Source: Terrimicrobiaceae bacterium
Lineage (GTDB): Bacteria > Verrucomicrobiota > Verrucomicrobiia > Chthoniobacterales > Terrimicrobiaceae
Direction: 5' to 3'
DNA: 64,000 nucleotides
NCBI GenBank assembly: GCA_041752695.1
Contig: JBGSVZ010000005.1
Coordinates: 32,001 to 96,000, forward strand
The notes under the pieces were generated by a model that worked only from the letters and a program-made list of their open reading frames with translations, did not search any database and had not been told where the DNA came from. The first letter of the stretch is position 1, and each line of letters begins with the position of its first letter. Below are positions 47,283 through 56,740 of this stretch, in pieces. The position numbers were made by a program, and so were the translations under genes.

Positions 47283-47744
47283 GTGAGGCGTGTGTTGTTG
47301 GGAATGCTTTTGCTCGTCGCCGGTTGCGCCGCCAGTCGCGAGGCGGTTCCGTTTGTGACGGCCTCAAGCCAGTCTGCGGTCGTGCGCTGGCAGCAAGGCG
47401 GGCGGGTCTTTGTGCGGGAGGCCGTTTGCGAACGCTCCGACGCGGGTGCCGTGCGGGTCGCTCTCGGGGAAAAACCCGCTGAGCGACAGTTTTCCCTGGA
47501 ACCCGACGGGTGGTTCATCGCGCCGGGCTGGTCGGGGGAGGTGGGCGAGGCGACGCTGGATCTGACGGTCTGGGCCTCGTTCCTCACCATTTTTCAGAAT
47601 GCCGACCGGCTTCCTCTTGGGGAGCGCGAACTGCACACCCCGGCCGCACGCGTGGCGGTGGACAAGACGAGAGGCGGCCTTCGGTCGCTGAGCATCCGCA
47701 GCCAGGATACGGCGGAATCGCTCAGCGTAGTATTTCACAAATAG
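47283..47744 (+). CDS. Hypothetical lipoprotein
   Basis: Lipobox LVAGC after MRRVLLG. Confidence 0.65.
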   Translation: MRRVLLGMLLLVAGCAASREAVPFVTASSQSAVVRWQQGGRVFVREAVCERSDAGAVRVALGEKPAERQFSLEPDGWFIAPGWSGEVGEATLDLTVWASFLTIFQNADRLPLGERELHTPAARVAVDKTRGGLRSLSIRSQDTAESLSVVFHK

Positions 47745-47750
47745 GAAATG

Positions 47751-47809
47751 CTGTAGGCCGTTGCGCTGCGACGGCAGGACGTGAGCCGCCCCGGCGGTGC
47801 GGCCTACAG
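47751..47809. repeat. REP-like inverted doublet with GTAG ends
   Basis: CTGTAGGCCG...CGGCCTACAG; each half forms its own GC-rich hairpin. Confidence 0.7.
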
Positions 47810-47837
47810 TGATGGCTAAGCGTGTGATGGACTCGGC

Positions 47838-48953
47838 TCAGCCCAAGACTTCCTTCAGCGCTCCGAGGAGCGTGGCAATGGGCTGACGCGAGGCGTTGCC
47901 GCCCATCAGGCCGATGCGCCAGATTTTTCCCGCCAGCGGGCCGAGTCCTCCGCCGACTTCGATACGGTAGTCGGTGAGAAGTTTCGCCCGGACGCCTGCT
48001 TCATCAAATCCTTCGGGGAGTCGCAGCGTGGTGAGCGGATGGAGGCGGTGGGGTTCATCGACCAGTGGTTCGAAGCCCAGGGGGCGGAGTTCGGCGATGA
48101 GGTGTTGGGCGGCGTCGTGGTGGCGTTTCCAGCGTGCCGGGAGGCCTTCTTCCAGGACCTCGGCTAGCGCCTGGTGCAGGGCAAAGACCATGCTCACTGG
48201 GGCGGTGTGGTGATAAGCCCGGGCGGCGGTGCCATTGCCGACGTATTTGAGGATTTCGTTCAGATCGAGGTAGAAGCTGGGCACGGGAGTCGTGCGTTTG
48301 GCGTGACGTTCCAAGGCGCGCGCGCTCACGGTCACGGGCGAAAGTCCGGGCGGGCAGGCGAGGCATTTTTGCGTGCCGGAATACGCGAGATCCACACCCC
48401 ACGCGTCGAGGTGGACGGGCATGCCGGCGAGTGACGTGACACAGTCGGCCAGGAGGAGGGCGTTGTGTTGGCGGGCGAGGTCGGAAAATCCGGTGAAATC
48501 CTGATACACTCCGGTCGAGGTCTCGCCGCTGACGAGGCAGATGATGTCGGGCCGGAACGTTTCTGCGGCGGCGGTCATGCGCTCCAACGTGGCGGGTGTG
48601 CCCCAGGCGAATTCTTCGCGATGCACCGTGCCGCCGATTTTTTCGGAGACGTTGGCAATGCGGCCGCCGAAGACCCCGTTGACGGCCACCAGCACGCGGG
48701 TGCCGGGTTCGACGAAGTTCACCATCAGAAAATCCATGCCCGCACTGCCAGTGCCGGAGACAGGAAAGGTGACTTCGTTTTTGGTATCAAAGATCTCGCG
48801 CAGCATCCCCTTGCACTCATCCATGATGGCAATGAATTCCTTGTCCATATGCCCGAGGAGGGGAAGCGCCATCGCGCCGCGCACGCGGGCAGAGACGTTG
48901 CAGGGGCCGGGGCCGAGGAGGAGTTTTTCGGTGGGAAAGAGTGGTGTGGGCAT
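47838..48953 (-). CDS. Alanine--glyoxylate aminotransferase family (class V PLP) protein
   Basis: LLGPGP, SGTGSAG, ETSTG, DCVTS, SGTQKCL, YHHTAP. Confidence 0.9.
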   Translation of the reverse strand: MPTPLFPTEKLLLGPGPCNVSARVRGAMALPLLGHMDKEFIAIMDECKGMLREIFDTKNEVTFPVSGTGSAGMDFLMVNFVEPGTRVLVAVNGVFGGRIANVSEKIGGTVHREEFAWGTPATLERMTAAAETFRPDIICLVSGETSTGVYQDFTGFSDLARQHNALLLADCVTSLAGMPVHLDAWGVDLAYSGTQKCLACPPGLSPVTVSARALERHAKRTTPVPSFYLDLNEILKYVGNGTAARAYHHTAPVSMVFALHQALAEVLEEGLPARWKRHHDAAQHLIAELRPLGFEPLVDEPHRLHPLTTLRLPEGFDEAGVRAKLLTDYRIEVGGGLGPLAGKIWRIGLMGGNASRQPIATLLGALKEVLG

Positions 48954-48995
48954 GGGGATCGGAGATCGGAGATGGAAGTTCGGAGATGGGGAGGG
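48954..48995. repeat. Tandem degenerate heptamers (GGAGATC family)
   Basis: GGGGATC GGAGATC GGAGATG GAAGTTC GGAGATG GGGAGGG fill the uricase-aminotransferase gap. Confidence 0.7.
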
Positions 48996-48997
48996 GA

Positions 48998-49834
48998 CTA
49001 TCGGCCGACAACGGCTTCGATGTAGCCGAACGGATCGTCGGTTGGCAGGAAGACTTTCTTTTGTCCGGCGGGGCGGCCGATCTTGGTGAGGTCGAGGTTG
49101 AGGTAATGTTTATTTGGCATCGTGAGTTTGATGCGCGACAGGCTCGGCGCCGCGGCCAGTGCGGCTTCGCCCATGAGGAAAAGCGTGCGTTGCACAGAGG
49201 GGCTGTAGGTTTCCGAAAAGACGCGGAGCATGGCGTCCATCAGTACGTCATCGACATCGGCGGTGGAGTCGGCGAATTCCCATTCCGCATTCAGGCTGGT
49301 GGCGAGGATGCGGTCGGTGGTTTCCGGCAGGGTGGTCAGATCGCATTTCGGATAACCGACAAACCCGGACTCCGTGGTTTTCATAATGACAAAACCGCGA
49401 ATGCCCGAAGAACGGCGCACCGTGCCGTCCCGTTCCACCCGGGCCTTGCTGAAGGGTTTGCCATTGGTGTCGCGCAGGAAACAATGGTCGTGAGCTTGGC
49501 CGCCCGGGGCCATGCGAGTCCAGAGGGATTCGGTGACTTCGGCTTCGCAGGCGGTGAGGTGGGGGTATTTCGCGAGAAAATGGCTGGCGAGGGCGAGGGC
49601 AAAGCCGTCACGGGTGGCGTCTTCAAGGTCGTGCGCAAGTGCCAGGACAGTGTTTTTCACGGTGTCGGTAGGCACAACGCTGGAGTTGTCGTCGCCGAGG
49701 TAAGATCCGGCAAGGTCACCTTCGAGGAGCACGTTGGCCTCCCATTCGGCAACCTCGTGCAAAGTTTCGTGACGTTTTACGCGCAGCAAACGCACCGCGT
49801 GTTTTCCGTAATGATTAAATTCCAGACGGCTCAT
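48998..49834 (-). CDS. pucL: Cofactor-independent urate oxidase (uricase)
   Basis: YGKxxVR, VVPTDTVKNT, KTTESGF, SPSVQRTL, MPNKHY. Confidence 0.92.
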   Translation of the reverse strand: MSRLEFNHYGKHAVRLLRVKRHETLHEVAEWEANVLLEGDLAGSYLGDDNSSVVPTDTVKNTVLALAHDLEDATRDGFALALASHFLAKYPHLTACEAEVTESLWTRMAPGGQAHDHCFLRDTNGKPFSKARVERDGTVRRSSGIRGFVIMKTTESGFVGYPKCDLTTLPETTDRILATSLNAEWEFADSTADVDDVLMDAMLRVFSETYSPSVQRTLFLMGEAALAAAPSLSRIKLTMPNKHYLNLDLTKIGRPAGQKKVFLPTDDPFGYIEAVVGR

Positions 49835-49900
49835 TTCATTTTCCCTGTGTCAAAGCGCTGGACAAAGGCGTCCCGATTGACGCATGACGATGCACCGGGA

Positions 49901-50431
49901 ATGTCAGCCATCACCAGCAGAAAATGCACTCTGGCGGAATTGAACGCCTGCTCCGCCGCGGAGTTTGCCATGCGGGTGGGCGGAATTTTTGAACACTCTC
50001 CGTGGATTGCAGAGGCGGCTGCCGGGAAGCGTCCGTTTGCCGATGCGGACACCCTCCTCGCCGCCATGCTGGAAATCGTCGCGACATCCGGCCCCGACAA
50101 AAAACTCGCCCTCATCCAGGCACACCCGGATCTCGCCGGTCGCCTTGCGCAGCAGGGTCAACTCACGGCGGAGTCCTCGCGGGAACAGGAAGCGGCCGGG
50201 CTCACCCGCGCGGACGCCGACGTAGTGGAACGAATTCACTCGCTCAACACCGCCTATCGCGAGCGGTTTGGATTTCCTTTCATTATTTGTGCCCGGCTCA
50301 ATGGCGTGGAGGCGATCGTTTCCGCCATGGAGGCCCGGCTCTCCCAGGACCGGGAGGCGGAGATTTCCACCGCAGTAGGCGAGATTGCCAAAATCGCGAG
50401 GTTGCGACTAATGGATTTGATCGAAGGATGA
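49901..50431 (+). CDS. uraD: OHCU decarboxylase
   Basis: IFEHSPW, AHPDLAG, SSREQ, YRERFGFPFIICAR, EIAKIARLRL. Confidence 0.92.
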   Translation: MSAITSRKCTLAELNACSAAEFAMRVGGIFEHSPWIAEAAAGKRPFADADTLLAAMLEIVATSGPDKKLALIQAHPDLAGRLAQQGQLTAESSREQEAAGLTRADADVVERIHSLNTAYRERFGFPFIICARLNGVEAIVSAMEARLSQDREAEISTAVGEIAKIARLRLMDLIEG

Positions 50432-51414
50432 AGACGCGCCCCCTCCTCTTTGTACTGTTTGGCATTCTGCCGCTCACGGCCCTTGTGGCGGAGGCCCAGG
50501 CCGGGTCCGTGCGAGAAGTCAAGCTCCTCACCGTGGGCAATAGTTTCGCGCAGGACTCCACGGCTTATCTGAAGGATTTCGCCGCTGCGGCCGGCCGCAA
50601 GCTTCTGCTGCGCGGGGCCAACCTGGCTGGTCACTCCCTGGAACAGCACGTGAAACGCCTGCAGGCTTACGAGGCGAATCCTGCTGATGGGGAGGGGCGC
50701 GGATACACCAATCCCCTAACGCGCAAAAGCAAGGACTGGAGCCTGCGCGAGGCCCTGGAGTCGGAGAAGTGGGATTTCGTCACCATCCAACAGGCAAGTC
50801 CGAAGAGTTTTCTCCCGGAAACGTACGAGCCCTTCGCGGGAATTCTGGTGGCCTATATCAAAAAATACGCACCGACGGCGGAGATCCTCATTCACGAAAC
50901 CTGGGCCTATCGCGAGGATCATGCCCTTTTTTCCAAGGGCGACGGGTTTACCCAAATGGGGATGTATGAAAAACTGCGCAGTGCTTATGAAGACCTCGCG
51001 CGGCGTTATGGACTTCGCGTGATTCCCGTGGGCGCGGCATTTCAGCGGGCCAGGGCGCGGGAGCGGTGGACGTTTGCGGGGCCGGATAAGGCCTTCGATT
51101 ACCAGGCACCCGTGGCTGACACAATCCCCCGACAATCCGGAAGTCTAAACGTCGGCTGGCTCTGGCGGAAAAACTCCCAGACCGGTCAGGTCGAATTTGT
51201 CCTGGACGCCATTCACGCAAATCGCGATGGCCGCTATCTGGGTGCCGCAGTTTTCTTTGAGGAAATTTTTCAAGAAAGCGTCGTGGGAAGCTCGTTCGTC
51301 CCGCCCGGGATGGATCCTGCCGATGCCAGGCTTCTGCGCGAGATCGCCCACGAGGTGGTGCAGGCGAGGGCCGGCGGTGCGGCGCCGTCCGCGAAACCTT
51401 CGGAGGCTTTGTAA
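50428..51414 (+). CDS. Secreted SGNH-like hydrolase (DUF4886-like)
   Basis: Signal peptide, [31 protein letters not shown] overlap with uraD. Confidence 0.75.
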   Translation: MKTRPLLFVLFGILPLTALVAEAQAGSVREVKLLTVGNSFAQDSTAYLKDFAAAAGRKLLLRGANLAGHSLEQHVKRLQAYEANPADGEGRGYTNPLTRKSKDWSLREALESEKWDFVTIQQASPKSFLPETYEPFAGILVAYIKKYAPTAEILIHETWAYREDHALFSKGDGFTQMGMYEKLRSAYEDLARRYGLRVIPVGAAFQRARARERWTFAGPDKAFDYQAPVADTIPRQSGSLNVGWLWRKNSQTGQVEFVLDAIHANRDGRYLGAAVFFEEIFQESVVGSSFVPPGMDPADARLLREIAHEVVQARAGGAAPSAKPSEAL

Positions 51415-51422
51415 ATCATCCT

Positions 51423-51755
51423 ATGGCCGGAAAACTCACCACCCACGTCCTCGACACCGCGAAAGGCAGGCCCGGCGCGGGCATTATCGTTGAACTCCAC
51501 CGGTGGGAGGCGGGAGCGGCAACGTGTTTGATCCGCACCGTGACCAATGCCGATGGACGCACCGATGCGCCACTGCTGGAGGGGGAGTCTTTGCAGGCCG
51601 GCCTTTACGAAATCACGTTTGCGGTCGGCGCCTATTTTCAGGACGGATTTCTGGAAACTGTCCCGGTGCGTTTTCGGATCGACGATCCCAGCAGGCATTA
51701 CCACGTCCCGCTCCTTTGCTCGCCGTGGTCCTACAGCACTTACCGGGGAAGCTGA
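51423..51755 (+). CDS. uraH: 5-hydroxyisourate hydrolase
   Basis: [21 protein letters not shown]-terminal YRGS. Confidence 0.95.
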   Translation: MAGKLTTHVLDTAKGRPGAGIIVELHRWEAGAATCLIRTVTNADGRTDAPLLEGESLQAGLYEITFAVGAYFQDGFLETVPVRFRIDDPSRHYHVPLLCSPWSYSTYRGS

Positions 51756-51818
51756 TGCGGGGCTTTGATCCGGGAAGCGAATCGGTGCATGACGACTTCG
51801 TATGACAAGGCCGCTGGA

Positions 51819-53033
51819 ATGAGCGCATTGGAAAATCAGGCCGCTGCCTACCTGGAAGAACTGGGCGCCATTACGGATGAGCCGCCCGGGCTCACCCGGA
51901 CGTTTCTTTCTCCTGCCCTGGACCGGGCCAGGCTCCAGTTGGCCGTCTGGATGAGTGATGCCGGGCTGCAGGTCTCGGAAGATCAGGCGGGAAATCTGAT
52001 TGGTCGGTGGGATTGTGGAGATCCCTTGGCAGGCACGGTGGCCTGCGGGTCGCATCTCGACACCGTTCGGAACGCGGGCAAATACGACGGGGCGATGGGC
52101 GTGGTGGTCGCCCTGCTGGCGGTGGTGCAGATCGCGGAGCGCGGGATCCGCCTGCCTTATCATCTCGAATTGGTGGCATTTTCCGACGAAGAGGGAGTTC
52201 GTTTTCAGACCACCTACCTTGGCAGTCGGTATTACACCGGCCGATTGTCGGGTTCCGAGCTTGACGCACGTGACAGCGAGGGTGTCAGCGTCGGAGAGGC
52301 CATTGCTGCCCATCAGCCCCGCTTCTCCGCGCCGGTTCCGCGCCGGTTGCTGGGCTACGTGGAAGCCCACATCGAGCAGGGTCCCGTACTGGAAAAAGCC
52401 GGTCTGGCTCTGGGCGTGGTGACCTCCATCGCGGGCCAGACCCGGGCGCGGGTTTTCCTCGAAGGCAAATCCGGCCACGCGGGAACGACCCCCATGACGC
52501 TGCGGCGAGATGCCCTGGCGGGGGCGGCGGAATGTATTTCGCTGGCGGAAGAGCGGGCACGATCCTCCGATGGTCTGGTGGCCACGGTGGGAGAACTGCG
52601 GCTGGATTCCCCGGCCAGCAATGTGATCCCCGGCCGGGTGGAGTTTACCCTCGATATCCGGGATGCGGAGAATGAGAAGCGGCTGCAGTTTTGCCAGGAT
52701 CTTTTTGCGGAAATCGAAAAACGCATGACGGCGCGCGAGCTGACTGTCCGCATCGAGAGTCCGCTGGTTGCTTCCCCAACCCCCTGTTCCCCGCGCCTCA
52801 CCGAGGCCCTGGCCGCGGTGGTGGCAGGCGTGCAGGGGGCGTGTCCTCGTTTGGTGAGCGGTGCCGGCCATGATGCCGTCGCGCTGGCGGAGGTGACCGA
52901 GGTGGCGATGCTTTTTGTTCGCTGCCGGGATGGACTCAGCCATCATCCCGAGGAATCTGCCACATCCGCCGACATCGCTCTGGCCGTTGAGGTGCTGACC
53001 AATTTTTTATCCGATTTTCCTGATTATGAATGA
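51819..53033 (+). CDS. allC: Allantoate amidohydrolase (M20)
   Basis: GSHLDTV, GKYDG, DEEGVRF, EAHIEQGP, GHAGTTPM, SGAGHDA, SHHPEE. Start could be 51789 or 51819. Confidence 0.88.
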   Translation: MSALENQAAAYLEELGAITDEPPGLTRTFLSPALDRARLQLAVWMSDAGLQVSEDQAGNLIGRWDCGDPLAGTVACGSHLDTVRNAGKYDGAMGVVVALLAVVQIAERGIRLPYHLELVAFSDEEGVRFQTTYLGSRYYTGRLSGSELDARDSEGVSVGEAIAAHQPRFSAPVPRRLLGYVEAHIEQGPVLEKAGLALGVVTSIAGQTRARVFLEGKSGHAGTTPMTLRRDALAGAAECISLAEERARSSDGLVATVGELRLDSPASNVIPGRVEFTLDIRDAENEKRLQFCQDLFAEIEKRMTARELTVRIESPLVASPTPCSPRLTEALAAVVAGVQGACPRLVSGAGHDAVALAEVTEVAMLFVRCRDGLSHHPEESATSADIALAVEVLTNFLSDFPDYE

Positions 53034-54363
53034 TCTCCTGATTCGCAATGCCCTCGTCGTCGAAGGTGGCACAGTCAAAACCTCCGACGTGGCCGTGGAG
53101 GCCGGACGGATCGCGGCGGTTGGCCCCTCGCTTCCCGGCTCGGCCCGTCGGGAAATGGATGCGTCCGGTTTGCATCTTTTCCCGGGTTTTATTGATGCCC
53201 ATGTCCATTTCAACGAGCCCGGCCGGGCGGATTGGGAAGGACTGGCTTCCGGGTCGGCTGCCCTGGCGGCGGGTGGGGGGACGGTTTTTTTCGACATGCC
53301 GCTCAACTCGGACCCTCCGGTGCTGGACCGCGGGCAGTTTGAAGCAAAACGGGGGATCGCGGCGCAAAAATCCCTTCTCGATTTTGCGCTTTGGGGAGGA
53401 CTCTGCCCCGGGCACACGGATAAGATTGATGAGATGGCCGAGGCGGGAGCTGTGGGATTTAAAGCCTTCCTTTGTCCGAGCGGGATCGAGGAGTTTCCGG
53501 CCAGCGACGCGGCCACCCTGCGCGAGGGGTTAAAGCGGGCCAAACGCTGGAAGTTGCCGGTGGCTGTGCATGCCGAGGATCCTGCCACGCTGGAAAAATT
53601 CGAGACCAAGGGCCGCACGATGCGGGATTTTCTCAACAGCCGGCCGAAGGCGGCGGAGGTCGAAGCCGTGCGGTGGGCGTGCGAAGCGGCGGGCGAAACC
53701 GGTGCCGCCCTGCACATCGTGCATGTCAGCTGCGCGGAGGCTCTGGAGGAAATCACCAAAGCCCAACAGGCTGGCGCGGACGTGACGGCGGAAGTTTGTT
53801 CGCACCACCTCCTTTTCAACGCAGCGGATGCCGAACGACTCGGCGCGCGGGCGAAATGTGCCCCGCCTCTACGAGAAGACGCAGACGTTTTTGCGCTTTG
53901 GAAAAGTCTTCTTTCCGGCGCCGTGGAAACCATCGGTTCTGATCACTCTCCCGCTCCGCCGGACCGCAAAACAGGCGAGGATTTTTTCACGATCTGGGGC
54001 GGCATTTCCGGGTGCCAACACGCCTTTCCCGCTTTGCTGGGCGCATTGAGCCGTCGGGCTCCGGACCGTCTGCCCGGGGCCTCGGACTGGCTGGCCCGCC
54101 ACCCGGCCGAACGTTTCGGCCTTGGCCGCAAGGGACGGGTAGCGGCGGGATTTGATGCGGATCTCACTCTGGTAAAATTCGGGGAATTTCCGGTGATCAA
54201 ACGCTCCGACCTACTCTATCGCCATCCGACGAGTCTTTATGAAGGCTGCCGGCCGACGTGTCGGGTTCTGCATGTGTTCCGACGGGGCGCGGGCATCCTG
54301 CAAAACGGCACTCTCGTGCCCGGGCAGAATCCGGGCCGGTTTCTGCGCCCGGATCCCACCTGA
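53026..54363 (+). CDS. allB: Allantoinase
   Basis: DAHVHFNEPG, DMPLNS, GFKAF, VHAE, HIVH, SDHSP, WGGISG. Confidence 0.9.
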   Translation: MNDLLIRNALVVEGGTVKTSDVAVEAGRIAAVGPSLPGSARREMDASGLHLFPGFIDAHVHFNEPGRADWEGLASGSAALAAGGGTVFFDMPLNSDPPVLDRGQFEAKRGIAAQKSLLDFALWGGLCPGHTDKIDEMAEAGAVGFKAFLCPSGIEEFPASDAATLREGLKRAKRWKLPVAVHAEDPATLEKFETKGRTMRDFLNSRPKAAEVEAVRWACEAAGETGAALHIVHVSCAEALEEITKAQQAGADVTAEVCSHHLLFNAADAERLGARAKCAPPLREDADVFALWKSLLSGAVETIGSDHSPAPPDRKTGEDFFTIWGGISGCQHAFPALLGALSRRAPDRLPGASDWLARHPAERFGLGRKGRVAAGFDADLTLVKFGEFPVIKRSDLLYRHPTSLYEGCRPTCRVLHVFRRGAGILQNGTLVPGQNPGRFLRPDPT

Positions 54364-54473
54364 GGGCTCCGGGCGGGTACGATTTTTTCCCTCGCTGGGC
54401 ATGACATCCCCCAAATGCGTGTATAGTGGCGAATGGTTGTGAATCGTATCTTCCGTGACAGGAGCCGTTCTTC

Positions 54474-55433
54474 GTGACGGAAAAAAGCGTTCCGACCTTC
54501 CGTCAGCGGCTGGAATATTTCGGCCTCTGGTGCGGCGCGCAGGCGGTGCAGCGGCTCCCGTTTTACTCGCTCCGGTACTTTGCCAACCTGCTGGGGCTGG
54601 CGGCTTATTTTCTGGATGGCCGCGGACGTCGTGTGGCGGAGGCAAATCTCACCTCGGCACTGGGCGAATTCCCGCCGGAGCGGAAAAATCAGATCATTCG
54701 TCAGAGCTATCAAGGTTTTGCCCGCACCATGCTGGAATTGATCTGGGCGCCCAACCTCACCCCGGAGGTTTTGAAAAAATATGCGCGAGTCGAAGGCCTG
54801 GACGCGGACCCGGCTGTATCCGATCAGGCCACCATCTATTTCTGCCTGCACGCGTCCAATTTTGAATGGCTCAGCCTTGCCTTGAGCTACGCGGTCGGGC
54901 CGGGGATCGTTATCACGCAGAATTTTAAAAACCCCCTCCTCGGGCGGTTGTTCGATCGATTCCGCAGCAGCACCGGGCACACCATCATTCCGCAGGAACG
55001 GGCGATGATCCGTATGCTCAAACATCTGCAGGCGGGCGGCTATTTTAACATGGTCGTCGATCTCAATCTCGACCCCCGGGAATCCAGCGTGATCATTGAC
55101 CAGTTCGACGGATTGAAGGCCTGCGTCACGCAAATGCACTCGGCTCTGGCCCTCCGGGTGAATGCGCGCATCGTGCCCGCGGAATGCCAGCCGCAGCAGG
55201 ACGGCACCTACCGGCTGATTTATCATCAACCGATTTTGTTTTCCCGGGAGAACAGCCCGGATGAAATCGCGCAGCAGTGTTGGGACGTCCTTGAGCCGGG
55301 GATTCGTCGCCACCCCGAATATTGGCTGTGGTCCTATAAACACTGGCGCTTCAGGCCGGACAATTCCACGGAAGACCGGTATCCGTTTTACGCGAACCGG
55401 GCCGGGCGATTCGACAAGAAGCTCGCGGCGTAA
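54474..55433 (+). CDS. Lipid A / lysophospholipid acyltransferase family (LpxL-like)
   Basis: HASNFE acyltransferase motif, IRRHPEYWLWSYKHWR. Confidence 0.8.
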   Translation: MTEKSVPTFRQRLEYFGLWCGAQAVQRLPFYSLRYFANLLGLAAYFLDGRGRRVAEANLTSALGEFPPERKNQIIRQSYQGFARTMLELIWAPNLTPEVLKKYARVEGLDADPAVSDQATIYFCLHASNFEWLSLALSYAVGPGIVITQNFKNPLLGRLFDRFRSSTGHTIIPQERAMIRMLKHLQAGGYFNMVVDLNLDPRESSVIIDQFDGLKACVTQMHSALALRVNARIVPAECQPQQDGTYRLIYHQPILFSRENSPDEIAQQCWDVLEPGIRRHPEYWLWSYKHWRFRPDNSTEDRYPFYANRAGRFDKKLAA

Positions 55434-55445
55434 GGGAGGGGCTGC

Positions 55446-55501
55446 TGGAGTCCAGCCTTTAGGCTGTCGAAACCAAAGAACAGGCTGAAGCCTGGACTCC
55501 A
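55446..55501. repeat. REP-like inverted doublet with GGAG ends
   Basis: TGGAGTC-CAGCCT-TT-AGGCTG ... CAGGCT-GA-AGCCTG-GACTCCA. Confidence 0.75.
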
Positions 55502-55550
55502 ACGCTCGACAGGCTTGACCTGCGCTCGGCCCAGCAGGATCGTTGACTTT

Positions 55551-55904
55551 ATGAAAAAAAGCGCCGTCCGTCCGCGCATCCGCGTTTACCAAGGCGGCGA
55601 GGTGGCGCTGGGTCCGGGCAAAGTCGAACTGCTCGGTCATGTGGCGGAATCCGGGAGCCTGAGTGAGGCCGCCCGGCGGATGAAGATGTCGTACATGAAG
55701 GCCTGGCTGCTGGTACAGCTCATGAACAAAAGTTTTCGCAAACCACTGATCAAGGCCGGCCGCGGCGGCAGCGGGGGAGGGGGCGCGGAACTGACCGAGG
55801 CCGGACGCAAGGTGCTGGCGTTGTATCAGGACATGGAAACAGCAGCTCTCGCGGCCATGGAGGAACCCTGGGAAAAATTGCGCCGGTTGCTGAAAGCGGA
55901 TTGA
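55551..55904 (+). CDS. modE: ModE-family regulator, winged-helix domain only
   Basis: LGPGKVELL, GSLSEAARRMKMSYMKAW, GGSGGGGAELT; no TOBE/mop domains. Confidence 0.85.
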   Translation: MKKSAVRPRIRVYQGGEVALGPGKVELLGHVAESGSLSEAARRMKMSYMKAWLLVQLMNKSFRKPLIKAGRGGSGGGGAELTEAGRKVLALYQDMETAALAAMEEPWEKLRRLLKAD

Positions 55905-55925
55905 TCGGATGTCTTTTTGGGCTTT

Positions 55926-55951
55926 TCGATATATGGAATCCGATATAACGA
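55926..55951. promoter_or_regulatory. ModE box upstream of modA
   Basis: TCGATATAT-GGAATCCG-ATATAACGA matches the CGnTATAT-Nx-ATATAnCG palindrome. Confidence 0.8.
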
Positions 55952-55957
55952 GGACGG

Positions 55958-56713
55958 ATGTTTCGGTTTGCTCTCGCGACCATTTTTGCCTGTCAGTTCC
56001 TGCCCTTGAGGGCGGAATCGCTTTCCATCGCGGCCGCCTCTGATTTGGTGTATTGCCTCGACGAATTGCATGCGGCTTTCCGGAAAGCCCATCCGGACGT
56101 TGACTTGAAGTCCACGACCGGGGCCTCCGGAAATCTTTTTGCCCAGATTCAGAATGGCGCACCGTTTGACGTTTTTCTTTCGGCTGATCTGACGTATCCT
56201 CGGGCACTGATCAAAGCCGGACTCGCGGATGAAAACTCTCTGACGGTTTACGCCATCGGTCATCTGGTCGTCTGGACGAACAAGGCGACCGTCGATGTTT
56301 CTGCCGGGCTCTCCGCCCTTGCGGGGGAGGGGATCCAAAGAATTGCCATCGCCAATCCCGAACACGCCCCGTATGGCCGGGCCGCCCGGGCGGCCCTCGA
56401 ACAGGGGAAGTTTTGGGAGAGCCTTCAAGGCAAACTCGTCTTTGGGGAGAACATCGCGCAGACTGCGCAGTTCGTGGAAACGGGCAACGCGGATGCTGGC
56501 ATTGTGGCGCTCTCCCTCGTGTTGTCCCCGCGTCTGAGCAAAGTCGGTCGCTGGACGGAGGTACCCGTGGACGCCTATCCCAAACTGGAGCAGGCGGCGA
56601 TTGTCACGAAACGCGGGGCCTCCAATCCCCGGGCAGCGACGTACCGGGAATTTCTGCGTTCCCCCGAGGCACGGAAGGTTTTTGACCGTTATGGTTTCCG
56701 CGTTTCGGAATGA
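55958..56713 (+). CDS. modA: Molybdate ABC transporter substrate-binding protein
   Basis: AAASDL, GASG, GAPFDVFLSAD, ANPEHAPYG. Confidence 0.93.
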   Translation: MFRFALATIFACQFLPLRAESLSIAAASDLVYCLDELHAAFRKAHPDVDLKSTTGASGNLFAQIQNGAPFDVFLSADLTYPRALIKAGLADENSLTVYAIGHLVVWTNKATVDVSAGLSALAGEGIQRIAIANPEHAPYGRAARAALEQGKFWESLQGKLVFGENIAQTAQFVETGNADAGIVALSLVLSPRLSKVGRWTEVPVDAYPKLEQAAIVTKRGASNPRAATYREFLRSPEARKVFDRYGFRVSE

Positions 56714-56740
56714 GATCGGCATGACGAGCAAGGAGATCGC

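Noticed and set aside
48941..50431. Apparent 496-aa protein suggesting an extended or fused OHCU decarboxylase
   Set aside because: The N-terminal part is antisense to uricase; uraD starts at about 49901.
51270..56207. Long minus-strand ORFs 51270-52946 and 54237-56207
   Set aside because: Antisense to allC, the acyltransferase, modE and modA; no motifs.
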